Origin: Chiloscyllium plagiosum
Taxonomy: Eukaryota
DNA length: 64,000 nucleotides
Reading direction: 5' to 3'
Assembly (NCBI RefSeq): GCF_004010195.1
Contig: NC_057756.1
Coordinates: 7,755,676 to 7,819,675, forward strand
Positions 13,018 through 24,779 of the stretch are shown here, piece after piece. The position numbers were made by a program, and so were the translations under genes. Position 1 is the first letter of the stretch. Each line of letters begins with the position of its first letter. The notes below the pieces were generated by a model. That model worked only from the letters and a program-made list of their open reading frames with translations. It was not told where the DNA came from and ran no database searches.

Positions 13018-14000
13018 TTTATTCACACATGGGATGTAGGTGGTAGTGACTGAGGCATAATTGATTGCCCTGTCCCTAGTTGCCCCTTGAGAAGATGGTG
13101 GTGAGCTGCCTTCTTGAACCACTGTAGACCATCTGCTGTGGGTAGACCCACAATGCTAATGCTGGGGATTTCAGGATATTGACCCAACCACATGCAATAA
13201 TGACAATATATTTCCAAGTCTGGATGGTGATTGGCTTGCAATGGGAACTTGCAGTGGGTATTGTTCCCATGTATCTGTTGCCCTTGTGCTTTTAGTTTGA
13301 AGCAGTTGTGGGTTTGGAAGATGATATTTTAAGAAGTCTTGGTGAATTTCTGCACTGCATCGTGCAGATGTTTCACACTGCTGCTGCTGAGCATTAGTGG
13401 TGGAAGGAGTGAATATTTTACATGTAATGCCAATCAAGTGGGCTGCTTTAGACTGAATGGTGTGGAGTTTCTTGAGTGTTGGAGCTGCACCCATCCAGTC
13501 AAGTGGGGAGTATTCTATCGCAGTCCTGACTTGGGTCTTGTCGATCTTGGAAGACTTTGGTGAGTAAGGAAGTGAGTTATTCACTACAGGTTTCCTAGCC
13601 TCTGATCTGCTCTTGTAGCCATTAAATTTTAATGATGAATTCAGTTCCATTTCTGGTTAATAGTAACTTATAACATGTTGATAGTAAGTGACTCAGTGAT
13701 GGTAACATCATTTAATGTCAAGGGATGAGGGTTAGATTCTCTTCTATTGGAGATGGTTACTGCTGGGCACTTACATGGTGCAAACCTGCCACTTGGCAGT
13801 GCAAATCTGGGTATTGGGCAGGTCTTGCTGCATTTGAATGCAGACTGCTTCCATGGCTGAAGAGTTATGAATGGTACTGAATATTGTACAATCATCACTG
13901 GGTATCCCTACTACTGACATTATCTTGGAAGAAAGGTCATTGTTGAAGCAGTAGAAGATATTTGCTCAAAGGACAAAACTCAAGTGGAAATTCATGGTGA
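13018..14000 (-). mobile_element. LINE 3' fragment (CR1/L2 group, second family)
   Basis: KTQVRTAIEYSPLDWMGAAPTLKKLHTIQSKAAHLIG; same family at about 55270-55790, 23830-24045 and 39780-40140. Confidence 0.8.
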
Positions 14001-15504
14001 TGAATGACCTCCAACAACTAAATGCCTTATTCCTGCTGAAATGTACCATTACTGTCTCAATTCTGTGTTCTTTTTCTCTCATTTTTAATATTATCTGATA
14101 TCCCCAAGTATCCAATTTCTTCTTGGGTAAGTGGCAACTTTAACATCATTCTTTTTTGTTGTCAGTCTCAGCTTTTGAATTTCCTGCAACCTGGGAGTTA
14201 GTTCATATGGACAAGATCACTATATAGATGTTCCCAGACCTGATCTTACCAAAAGAAGTATTTGTGCAGTCTCTGTATGCATGTTATTAACTTCTTGCAA
14301 ATGAGGATCAACCAGTAAAGCCAGGTCTCTCCCACCAACTGTTCATTCTAATGCTTCCTTCACTTTCATGACCAGCTTTAAATATTTATATAATGTGTGT
14401 GTGATTGTAAATGTTGAAATGGGTTGTGAGGGCTCCTGTGACACAGTGGGAGTGCCCCCACCTCTGCACCAGGGTGCCTGGGTTCAGGTCCTACCTGCTG
14501 TAGGGGTGTGTCATACCACCTCTGAACAGCTTGATTACAAACTTCTGCAACTGCGTTGGGGAATCTTGATGAAAACAAATGTGACTTCATGAGGTACATA
14601 TATACATGCTGATTCAGAACAGGCAGCAGTCAGTATGGAGCCTTTACTTCTATCAAGGATCAACCTTTACAGAAAACTGCAATATCAGTCAATGACAGAG
14701 TCATCGCCCTGTTTTACACTTAATATATATTTGAGTGCATCATTGCACCTGTTGGGATTGTTGGTGAGCCTTGTATGTGATTAATCTTGTCTGCATTGGT
14801 TTTTAAGGTTAACAATATAGTGATTGGAAATCGGTGAAAGGTATTTTCACCGGCTATTTGTCACTGTTTATTTGCAGCTATAGTAATTTAATTTCTTGGA
14901 ACAACTTGCATTTTGCTCCCATTAATATTTCAGTTTTAGCTGGGATTGTAACACTGAGTGTTCAGAGAGCACTGTCTGTCTTGCTGGTACAGACCTCCAA
15001 CTACTAGAGGAGAAATGGTCTGGGATGCAGAGTGGAAGGTTATGCTTTTAAATGGAAACAGAAATGAACAATCAAAAAATATGTTTTTTTTAAACAAGGG
15101 AATCAGGTACATGATTTTTACCGCAGGGATAATCTGGATAATTAAACTCTGCAGTCTAATGGTTATTCAATTACCACAGTTACAAAGATGTTCTCAACCA
15201 TTTTAATAAAGTGGATGTGTTGGACTGCGGCTCGTTATGGGCTAAAGAAAACCAATATATTTCTAACAGTTCGGAAATTTGAGCTTATTCATGAATAAAT
15301 TGATTGTTTCTTTTGCTTCACTGACACCCCCTCAACACATTCTGCTTACCCTGGCTCCCAGCAACACCATGGTATGAAATATGAATCAGTTTAGGAATCA
15401 AAATGAGTCAGATATTGGAGCTGTAAATGAAGTTGACACTGTAATAGGATTTCATAAAACAGAGATGTATCCAATATGTTTAAACTGCAACCATTTAGTT
15501 AGAA

Positions 15505-15625
15505 GTGTTTTGAGGAAGGGTCACTTGACCTGAAATGTTAACTCTGATTTCTCTCCACAGATGCTGCGAGACCTGCTAAGCTTTTCCAGCAATTTCTGAT
15601 TTACAGCATCCAGCGTTCCTTTGAT
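15505..15625 (+). mobile_element. Short PLE terminal fragment with decayed hammerhead motif
   Basis: TTGAGGAAGGGTCACTTGACCTGAAATGTTAAC followed by CAGATGCTG..GACCTGCT..GCTTTTCCAGCAA; same terminus as 19485-19591 and 52962-53060. Confidence 0.65.
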
Positions 15626-16267
15626 CCTTTTAGTTAGAAATGCAACTGTGGTTCCCTTTTTTGGTTGTAACATTTACCAGTCTTGACCCCAAATAAAGTG
15701 CAACTTCCCTGGCCTGCAGTTTCTGCTTTTTCTGTCCTGGTTAGTTTTGGCTTGGTTGCACTGATTAATGCTGGGTTGAAGCTTCACACAGACTAACAAG
15801 GCTCAGGGAATACGTGAAGCCGCCAAAGTCCATTGCTGTTGTTCGTGATTGGGAATCAAGAAAAGCTCTCATCTTTACACAGGAACTCTCATGGAGAGAA
15901 CTATGAAAAGCAACGGTTGGGAAATGGACCACAACCCTGTGTTAATCCATCACCTCATGCTTTAAATGAAGCTAGCCTTGAATTTGTTATATAGACAAGC
16001 TGCTGTAATTTGTCTGGAGAGAAATGCAGTATCTTTTATATCTATTTGTTCAATGTAATTCATTGACACTTATCATTCTTACCTGAAGATGTGGGCTCAT
16101 TAAATGTACCACCAGCTTATCTCATCACCATGGCAGCAGCAGATCTCCTAGTCATCTTCTTCAGCATGGTAATGTCGTTCATCTTTGGTGCATTGTACAC
16201 CTTCATGCCTCACACTGTCCCTTGCATCCTTCAGGAAGTGATAATATATGTAACCCTAGACTGTTTT

Positions 16268-16573
16268 TTTAGATTAGATTACTTACAGTGTGGAAACAGG
16301 CCCTTCAGCCCAACAAGTCCACACCGACCCGCCGAAGCGCAACCCATCCATATCCATTCCGCTACATTTACCCCTGCATCTAACACTATGGCCAATTCAC
16401 CTAACCTGCACATTTTTGGACTGTGGGAGGAAACCGGGGCACCCGGAGGAAACCCACGCAGACACGGGGAGAATGTGCAAACTCCACACAGTCAGTCGCC
16501 TGAGGCGGGAATTGGACCCGGGTCTCTGGCGCTGTGAGGCAGCAGTGCTAACCACTGTGCCACCGTGCCGCCC
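16268..16573 (-). mobile_element. Full-length HE1/V-SINE inserted in the GPCR coding exon
   Basis: Intact head, core and (TCTAA)n tail; CpG-rich, close to the copy at 52261. Confidence 0.93.
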
Positions 16574-16580
16574 ACCAACC

Positions 16581-16668
16581 AATCCTATTACAGTGTCAAC
16601 TTCATTTACAGCTCCAATATCTGACTCATTTTGATTCCTAAACTGATTCATATTTCATACCATGGTGT
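16581..16668 (-). repeat. 88-bp exact inverted copy of intron segment 15364-15451
   Basis: Base-for-base reverse complement. Confidence 0.95.
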
Positions 16669-18947
16669 CTGGTTAACAGTCACTTTCACTTTTCATCATT
16701 TTGTTTTGATTTGTTGCCAGCAGTTCAAACTCAAATACTCCACCGTCACAACTGCAAGGGTGGTGATAGGAACCGTGTGTATGTTGAGTTTAGTGACTAA
16801 CATTCTGCATTACTTTACTGATGAATCCTATGAATCGTACATACCTGTTGGTTGTGTACAAAGTCCCGAGGGTTACACTCTTCCTGGGTGGCTGGTTCTT
16901 CTGGTTCCACAATATTTCAACCCCACTGCTGGCTTTCTGCCTGATTTTGGTGCTTAATGTGCTGACCATCAGACATGTTTTAATATCGAGTAGAGCCCGG
17001 AGGAAGCTCCGTGGTCACGGCAAGGCTGAGAAACATGAAGATCCAGAGATGGAGAGTCGGAGGAAATCAATGATTTTACTTTTCTGTTTGTCAGGGAACT
17101 TTATTCTTTTGTGGCTGACAGAACTGATTATGATGATGTACTTCAATATCAACAACTCAATTGTTGTCACAGATTAGGGTGACCCAGTAAATATATCTGG
17201 TAATGCAGGGAGACAGGTTAAAACTTCTCAGTTCCTGCACAGACATGTTTATTAACTCTGTCACTCAAAGTAAGATCCGAGAGGAAATAATAAATGGAAT
17301 TAAGTATCCATTTACATTCATTATAAAATTGAAATAAATCTCATAACCAGATTTCAAGATGTTTCTGGTCAGAGAGTAAGGGAACTGAGGTGAATATAAT
17401 AGTGTTGTTTGCACTTAACAGGGAACATTACAGAAAACACAAGATTTTACATTTCAGTTCATCATTGACTGTTCATGATACTCCCAAAACAATCGATTAT
17501 GCTTCTACATTTTTCCCCATCCTCTGTTTGTCCAGCTTCTTTCAGATGCATGGACAACAATCACCTCAACCAATCTCAGCTTCTCTCCACTCCATTTCAC
17601 CTGAAATTCCAATTTGCCGTGTTGGTTAATCTTGAACTTTGAAGTTCTCACAGGTTCGTTCCTTTCTGGAAGTGGAAAATGAGAACTGCCTTTATCAAAA
17701 CCTGTTATAATTTTGCAAACCTTTATTTACTCTACACTCCTCTATACATTTCAAAGTGAAAGATATAACCTCATGGCACTGGTGCTTTTAACTCTGTGTC
17801 CTCTCCACCACTTCTATAACCCTCATATAAGGTCAACAGAACTGTGCGCAGCCATCCATGTTTAAACACTATTTTTACATACATTGTTTACTTTTTATTT
17901 ACTGGGTCTCTCTGGAAAAACATCCAACTTGCTAATTATCTCCTTTCTTGTTATCTTTCAAAGTAATTTCATCGCCTTTCTTTCAATATGTATTCATCAT
18001 GATGACTGTAATGAACTGTTCTTCAACAGATATAACATTGTAGCAGATCCTTAATACTTTGCATTTCTGGTATTTATTCTTCTCATTGTTAATGCAAAGT
18101 ATTTATGGTTCCATTTGAAGGTGCCTCCAATGCATAGACTGAGTATATGATTAAATGTTGTAATAATCTGACAGTAATGCGACTGCTTTAATGCCTCTTT
18201 TTCTGAAACAAGTGTGAAGCAACATAAAATTCAATCTTATATCAGCATCAGGAGGACCCAGCATCTCACCAACATTTCAATAATAAGGCACAGCTTTCAG
18301 AAGTGAGTATGGACATTGAATGAAGCCAGGGGCAGCTGGTTTGAGGGAACAGCAGACTGCCTCAGGGAGAACGGATAAACACAGCAGCCAACATTAAGAT
18401 GTTTGTGTTATGACAATATGCCCCACACGTTATTGCTTTACACAAACCTTGAATTCCATTGTTTGGATCCAAAAAAGTAATTGCAAGTAAAATAGAGCTC
18501 TCTGAACAAAATAAAGTTTAAATCAAAGAAGTTTGGCAGGTTTGCACCAGTTTGGAGGCAATGGAATAAGATGTATAAACTGTTTGAGGTGGAATTAGCA
18601 GACCCTGCTACATCTCTCCACATTTTAGATTTAATTGAAGTCAATGTTAGCTTGTTGGACATTTGAGAATGTACATATTCCTCAACAAATAGCCTCCACT
18701 AAAGCGGTGCGTGCAGATACACAAGAGCAAAATGTTGACCTGATGACTTTATCCTAAAACCTACCGTGCTTCACAGTAGCAGCACAACTTGCTGAGGGAA
18801 ACCATACCTTGAAAATAAAATGTCATGAACCTATGTGAAGATTGCTTCGAAGTTTAGTTAGCTGATCTTATTTAAAGAATACAGCGGCAGTGAGAGGCCA
18901 CAGTTAAAATAGTTAAAAGTGCTATATCAGTTCTGTGAGTTATATGT

Positions 18948-19138
18948 CGAGAGTGTGTTGCTGGAAAAGCACAGCAGGTCAGGCAGCATCCGAGGAGTGG
19001 AAGAATTGACGTTTTGGGCATCAGTAATATGCCCGGAACATCGATTCTTCTGTTCCTCGGATGTTGCCTGACCGGCTGTGCTTTTCCAGCAATGCACTCT
19101 CGACTCTGATCTCCAGCATCTGCAGTCCTCACTTTCCC
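18948..19138. mobile_element. Short fold-back Penelope-derived element with 16-bp TSD
   Basis: Inverted arms centred near 19025; TSD TCTGTGAGTTATATGT at 18932-18947 and 19139-19154. Confidence 0.85.
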
Positions 19139-19484
19139 TCTGTGAGTTATATGTTTCATTTCATAGGTTATTGATGTGTACTGAGTAAATGAAAGTTTGC
19201 AAAATTTTAACGTTTTGATAAAGTCAATTTGGAACTGCCACTTCCAGAAAGGGACATAGTGTGCGACCATCAATGTTAAGAGATTCACCAACACAGCATT
19301 AAATAGCAATACAGCTCCCCCTTATCTCTCAAGATTGCTTCACATTTTCATTTGGACAGTCCAAGAAGGTGAAGACCTTGTACAGTGGGAACACTTTAAT
19401 AGAAAATGCTACTTTGCATTTTGTAAGTAAACTCGACAAAAATGTAACAAGGACATAACGAGAAATACCACAAGTAGGTGAGAA

Positions 19485-20345
19485 CAAAAGACAAAAATAG
19501 GAATTCCTGGAAAAGCTCAGCAGGGTCTGGCAGCATCAGTAGGGAGAAATCAGAGTTAACATTTCAAGTCGAGTGACCCTTCCTCAGAACTATGCAGAAG
19601 ATAGCCTAGTGAGAGGAGATAAGGAGTAAACGGTACATGGGGATAGAGCCCAAAGAGAGAGAAGGCTGACTAGACAAAGAATTGGTTAATGATCTGGCTA
19701 GGAGGGTGAATAGCTGTTAATGGGGACTGTTAGTAGCTAACAATGGGTGGTATGTGATAACAAGGTCTGGTTGTTGGGTTTGGGATCAGGACATGGGAGA
19801 GCTCAAGACATAAAGTTGCTGAACTTGATATTGAAGGCTGCAGGATCCCCAGGCGGAAAATGAGGTGGTGTTCTTCCAGCTTGCGGTGAGGTACTTTGGA
19901 GCACTGCAGCAAGCCAGAGACAAAGATGTTGGCCAGGGAATGGGGCGTTGAAATGGCAGACAACTGGAAGTTCAGGATCCATTTTTTGCAAGCGGAATAC
20001 AAGTGTTTTCCAAAGCAGTCACCCTGTTTATGCGTTGTTGCCTCAATATCGAGGACACCACATTGTGAGCAGTGAATGCAGTGGACTAGATCATGTGAGG
20101 TACAGCTTCATCTGGAAGGTGTGTTTGGGCCCTTGGATACTGAGGAGGGAGGAAGGAAACAGGCAGGTGTTACACCTTCGGTGGCTACAGCAGAAAGTGC
20201 AGTGAGGCCATGGGGAGGTGCTGGGAGTGAAAGAAATGTGGACTTGGGTATCCCACTTGTGGAAGGCTGACAAGGGAGGGGAGAGGAATATGTGTCTGGT
20301 GGTGATATCTCGCTGGAGTTGGCAGAAATGGTGGCGAATGATCCT
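19485..20345 (-). mobile_element. Penelope-like element 3' fragment with hammerhead motif at 19554-19591
   Basis: VSGLLQCSKVPHRKLEEHHLIFRLGILQP; reverse strand AGTT-CTGAGGA-A-GGGTC-ACTC-GACTT-GAAA-TG-TT-AACT. Confidence 0.8.
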
Positions 20346-21171
20346 AAGTGAGAGTAAAGATGACTGAAACCAACCAGAGGTCCTATAAAGATGCAGAATT
20401 AGCCATGGGGGATATTTGTTGCAAGTGAAATCTGCAGGAGTGAGAAAACTGCTTTATTCAAACAGGTACGTTCTCTGTCCACATACTTTCACTTTCCTCA
20501 TCCAAATCATTACTTTATGCTATCAATAACTACAACTTCACCATGGACCCTTGCTGAACACCAGTAATTATAGGTTGCCACTTGAAAATGCGCCAGCTAA
20601 ACCCATGACCATCTCAGTCTGAAAGGACAAGACTGCAGAAAGGTTAGAACACCATCCCCTGCATGTTACCCACCAAGCCACTCGGGGGAAATGGTAGTAA
20701 AGTGGACTTGAGGAACATCTGATCCGCCATGTTCTCTTTGAATGGCGAAGCAGGCTCGATGGGCCAAATGGCCATTTCTTATGGTCATAGGGTCATTCTG
20801 CACTTTGACTTTGAAATATATCACCGTTTCTTCAGTGTCACTGTCAAAATCCTGGAACTTCCTCTCCAAAAGCATTGTGGGTCTACCACAGCAATAGGCA
20901 GTGCCTTCACTGGGGCAGTTAAGGACAGGCAGTAACGCCCACACTCTGTGAATAAATATTCAAATAGCCTGTGCAGACTATCAACCTGAATCATGGTAAT
21001 CAGACTCTGGACTGGGGAGCGTAGCAATTGAACTTCCACTACTGTGCCACGTTCCACCTCGAGACCAGGTTAGATACTACATGTGAACAGCTGTCCAGTT
21101 TGGAGTTCAATTCAAATGGCCAACAATTTGCTTATACTGCAGTCTATCAGGGAATTTATCACTGATGTCTT

Positions 21172-21190
21172 ACTTCCTCATTTTGACTCA
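21172..21190 (+). promoter_or_regulatory. Candidate PU.1/Ets plus AP-1 composite site upstream of the Siglec-like gene
   Basis: ACTTCCTCATTT (reverse AAATGAGGAAGT) abutting TGACTCA, in non-repeat DNA about 120 bp before a consensus donor. Confidence 0.4.
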
Positions 21191-21199
21191 ATGTGTCAG

Positions 21200-21306
21200 C
21201 TCTTTCTAATTAAAAACGCAGATGGAACAGCGCAGGAATATGCCATTCTGTCCGAACAGAGCATCTCGGCACTTGGTCCCTGGACGAACTGTCAGGCAGG
21301 TCCTGG
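21200..21306 (+). other. Putative 5' UTR exon of the Siglec-like gene (start uncertain)
   Basis: Consensus donor TGG|GTAAGT at 21307; the next exon begins with an acceptor, so an upstream exon is required. Confidence 0.45.
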
Positions 21307-21384
21307 GTAAGTAACAGAACAGTCAGAATTAATTTCAATGATCACCATCGACCTTTGTTGATGTTGCCAATTGTTAAAGGTATT

Positions 21385-21885
21385 GTTTCATTGAAGGCAG
21401 CTCAGAGAAGATTCACCAGGATGATTCCAGGTATGGAGGGACTGTCTTATGAGCAAAGACTAAACAGGTTGGGATTTTACTAATTGGAGTTGGCAAAGAA
21501 AGAGAGGTGATCTGATTGAATCATACAGGAGTCTTAAGGGGCTTGACAGAGTAAATTCTGAGTGGATGTTTCCCCTCATGGGAGAGTCCAGGACCAGAGG
21601 GCACAGTCTCAGAATAAACGGGCACAAAATCAAATTCCGATAAGGAGGAATTTCTTCTGTCAGCAGGTTGTGAGTCTTTGGAACTCCTTGCCACAGTGAG
21701 CTGTGGGGGCAGAGTCATTGTGTATATCAAAGGTTGAAATAGATTCTTGATCATTAGAGGAATCAAGGGTGACAGACAAAACACAGGAAGGGGAACATGA
21801 GAAATGTTGGATCAATCATGAGCCAATTGAATGATGAAGCAGGCTTGAGGAGGCAAATAGCCTACTCCTGTTCCTATTTCTTGTG
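21385..21885 (+). mobile_element. CR1 LINE 3' fragment
   Basis: EGSSEKIHQ/QRRFTRMIPG-type coding, RGHS motif and CCTACTCCTGTTCCTATTTCTT tail. Confidence 0.8.
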
Positions 21886-22083
21886 GACGTAATTTTAAAA
21901 ACAGATTCCAGTGACTCTATTTTGCAACAATTCTACTTGCAAATGACATCTGGGCATCCAGCTCATGTCTGTGAGGGCATTGTCTGAAAGCAGTTCCGAT
22001 CCCTCAAGAGCTGTGGAAAAAGCGGTGAGATCTGAATAACATCTTTCTATTTCAGAAGCTGATAAAATACCTGGGAGTGGACA

Positions 22084-22123
22084 ATGATTGGGAAATCTTA
22101 CATCTTGCTGTTGCTTCTTCAAG
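22084..22123 (+). CDS. Siglec-like gene: leader (signal peptide) exon, coding part
   Basis: Acceptor TTTCTATTTCAG at 22055; ATG ATT GGG AAA TCT TAC ATC TTG CTG TTG CTT CTT CAA G|GTAATG = MIGKSYILLLLLQ, phase 1, joins in frame to (A)GLAQEW or (A)GLSQEW. Confidence 0.82.
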
Positions 22124-23179
22124 GTAATGCCCTCGTCAGCTCGGACAGATGTATGGTTCAGAGGTTTGTAGAAGACCATTCTTATTGAGTTTTGGTTGGG
22201 AACCAATTCAGCAGTGAGCCAGAGTACAAGCCCAAACTATGGTAGGTTCACCCATCACCATTGTGCTCACTGATATGCCCTGGCTCCCGGTCTGATAGCA
22301 GCATTGGAGGGAGAAAGAGATCTCAGAATGTTTAAGGGTTAGTTGAGGTTACAAAGGAGAGTGGAGGGTTTGGCAATAGAAGGCTAGATTCATAAAACCG
22401 AGATACTGACACTCAAGGCATTAATGTAGGTCAGTGCGTGTGAGATGAGAGGGACATTTGAGAAGCGCGGATAAAAACTGAAGGGTGATGTGAATTTTGA
22501 TGTCAGGTCTTTGATAGCTGCGGCCCAACTTTTGTGCCTGTTACCGATTTTAGTCCCAATGTCCTACAGCAGCTCCTGGGATAGACAAGATACGAGTTAT
22601 CCTGATGGCCTCTGTTCTGCTGTACTGTGTAAATTTCACAGACTCTGCAGCTCCAGAGGAAATGGTTTAGTCACTAACTGAGAGGGCAATAGGATCAGAT
22701 TGCAGAGGAAGTTTGAAATGCAGGAATGGAAGGGATATTGGCAAGGGAAACACTTTCAGGGCTGTGGGAGAAAGAGTAGATCATGGGGACTAATTTAAGT
22801 AGGGCTGGCCCGGGCACGGTGGATGGAATAGTCTCTATCTGTGCTGTATATTTCTGCAATCCAATGATTTAAGCTCCTTACCAACAACGACTCACTTTCC
22901 TGCTGAAGTCATAGTTGTTCCAGATGGACAGGAAACAATTGGCTTCTGGTATCAGCCTTCTGCACGTGGTCCAGTTCCGTTTGAAGCACAAAGACTGTGA
23001 GAATCATCTGTAAAAGCCATACATTAATCAGAGAGACAACTTTGCCACATGCAGAGCTCAGGCCAGAGTGTTTCATAGTGTCTGCTGCAGTAGGGTCAGT
23101 GCTGAGCCTGGAGACAAGTCAGTCTCCAATTCTGCATCAGAATCAACACTACAGCAATGTGAGGTTTGGAACAGATATA

Positions 23180-23520
23180 ATCCCTTAAACACTGAGGATC
23201 CAAAGGCAGTGCATAGTCACTGATGATCAAAAGAATTCCCACAGATAAAGGGTATCCAAAGAGATCCCGGAAACAATAATGATGCAAAGGTTATCCCCAG
23301 ATAACGAGGATTCAAATAGATCCCTAAGACAACAGAGTTCCAAATACACTCCTCAGACAATGGAGACTCAGAGAAATCCCTTAGGCAATGAGGATCCAAA
23401 GAGATTCTTGAATAATGAGGATCTAAAGAGATTCCTCGGACAATGAGGATCCAAAGTGATTCTTGGACAATGAGGATCTAAAGAGATTCCTTGGACAACG
23501 AGGATCCAAAGTGATTCCTA
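23180..23520. repeat. Minisatellite, about 28-bp unit GGACAATGAGGATCCAAAGAGATTCCTT, about 12 copies
   Basis: Direct periodicity, more homogeneous toward the 3' end. Confidence 0.85.
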
Positions 23521-24073
23521 ATAGCCATCAAATTGAGAGCAATGACTTCCAAGGAGTCATAGAACATTATGGCATGGAAACAGGCCCTTCAGCCCAAACT
23601 GGTTCATGCTGACTCAGCTTGTTCTAATTGCCCACATTTGGTTCCTCCCCCTTTAAACCCTTCCCATCCATGTATCTATCCAAATGTTTTTAAATGTTGC
23701 TATTGTGTCTGCCTCAAACACTTTTTCTGGCAGTCCATTCCATTTATGCACTACTCTCTGCATACATGGGATCCTCAGTAGATTCATTCAATTGCTGCAA
23801 GAGAGAGAAAGAGGGAGAAGCAGAGAGTGAATATGAAATGGCTTGGGTCTGAGTGGCATGGAGGGGAACTTGCAGCTGGTGGTGTTTCCTTGTATCTGCT
23901 GCCCTTGTCCTTTTAGATGGAGTTAGTTGTGCGTCTGGAAGGCACTGTCTGAGGATCGCTGGTGAATTTCTTCAGTGTATCTTGCAGACAGCACACACTG
24001 CTGCTACTGAGCTTGAGTACTGCAGGGGGTGGACCTGCCAATAAAGACTGAAATGAGGAAACACTTTCAGTTT

Positions 24074-24779
24074 TTCTGTTCGCCGAGCTGGAAGTTTTTG
24101 TTGTAAACGTTTCGTCCCCTGGCTAGGCGACGTCATCAGTGCTTGGGAGCCTCCTGCGAAGCGCTTCTTTGATGTTTCCTCCGGTGTTTATAGTGGTCTG
24201 TCCCTGCCGCTTCCGGTTGTCAGTTTCAGCTGTCCGCTGTAGTGGTTGGTATATTGGGTCCAGGTCGATGTGTTTGTTGATGGAGTTTGTGGATGAATGC
24301 CATGCCTCTCGGAATTCCCTGGCTGTTCTCTGTCTGGCTTGCCCTATGATAGTAGTGTTGTCCCAGTCGAATTCATGTTGCTTGTTGTCTGCGTGTGTGG
24401 CTACTAAGGATAGCTGGTCGTGTCGTTTCGTGGCTAGTTGATGTCCATGTATGCAGATTGTTAGCTGTCTTCCTGATTGTCCTGTATAGTGTTTTGTGCA
24501 GTCCTTGCATTCATCCACAAACTCCATCAACAAACACATCGACCTGGACCCAATATACCAACCACTACAGCGGACAGCTGAAACTGACAACCGGAAGCGG
24601 CAGGGACAGACCACTATAAACACCGGAGGAAACATCAAAGAAGCGCTTCGCAGGAGGCTCCCAAGCACTGATGATGTCGCCTAGCCAGGGGACGAAACGT
24701 TTGCAACAAAAACTTCCAGCTCGGCGAACAGAACCACAGCAACGAGCACCCGAGCTACAAATCTTCGCACAAACTTTGA
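24074..24779. mobile_element. Young Penelope-like element insertion with inverted pLTR arms and 13-bp TSD
   Basis: - strand CKDCTKHYTGQSGRQL (YIG box). Arms 24074-24300 and 24507-24733 differ at about 2 positions. TSD ACTTTCAGTTTTT at 24063-24075 and 24780-24792. Sits in an old CR1 tail. Confidence 0.9.
24665..24704 (+). ncRNA. Minimal hammerhead ribozyme motif (antisense twin at 24103-24142)
   Basis: Identical to the motif at 396-435. Confidence 0.75.

Larger units (their letters stand above)
14635..17337 (+). pseudogene. GPR139/GPR142-like class A GPCR pseudogene (two exons: about 14635-14763 and 16055-17337)
   Basis: Exon 1 ends CIIAPVGIV-G|GTGAG. Exon 2 reads NSLTLIILT*RCGLIKCTT / YLITMAAADLLVI / LDC.VWLTVTFTFHHFVLICCQQFKLKY / DPEMESRRKSMILLFCLSGNFILLW / LLSSCT..TQSKIREE. 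Stops at 14721, 16084 and 17175, frameshifts, DRF changed to HHF, no canonical AG acceptor, SINE insertion in TM3. Confidence 0.88.

Noticed and set aside
24123-24668. 181-aa ORF with identical N-termini on both strands
   Set aside because: Artefact of the inverted PLE arms; only the GIY-YIG part is genuine element coding sequence.
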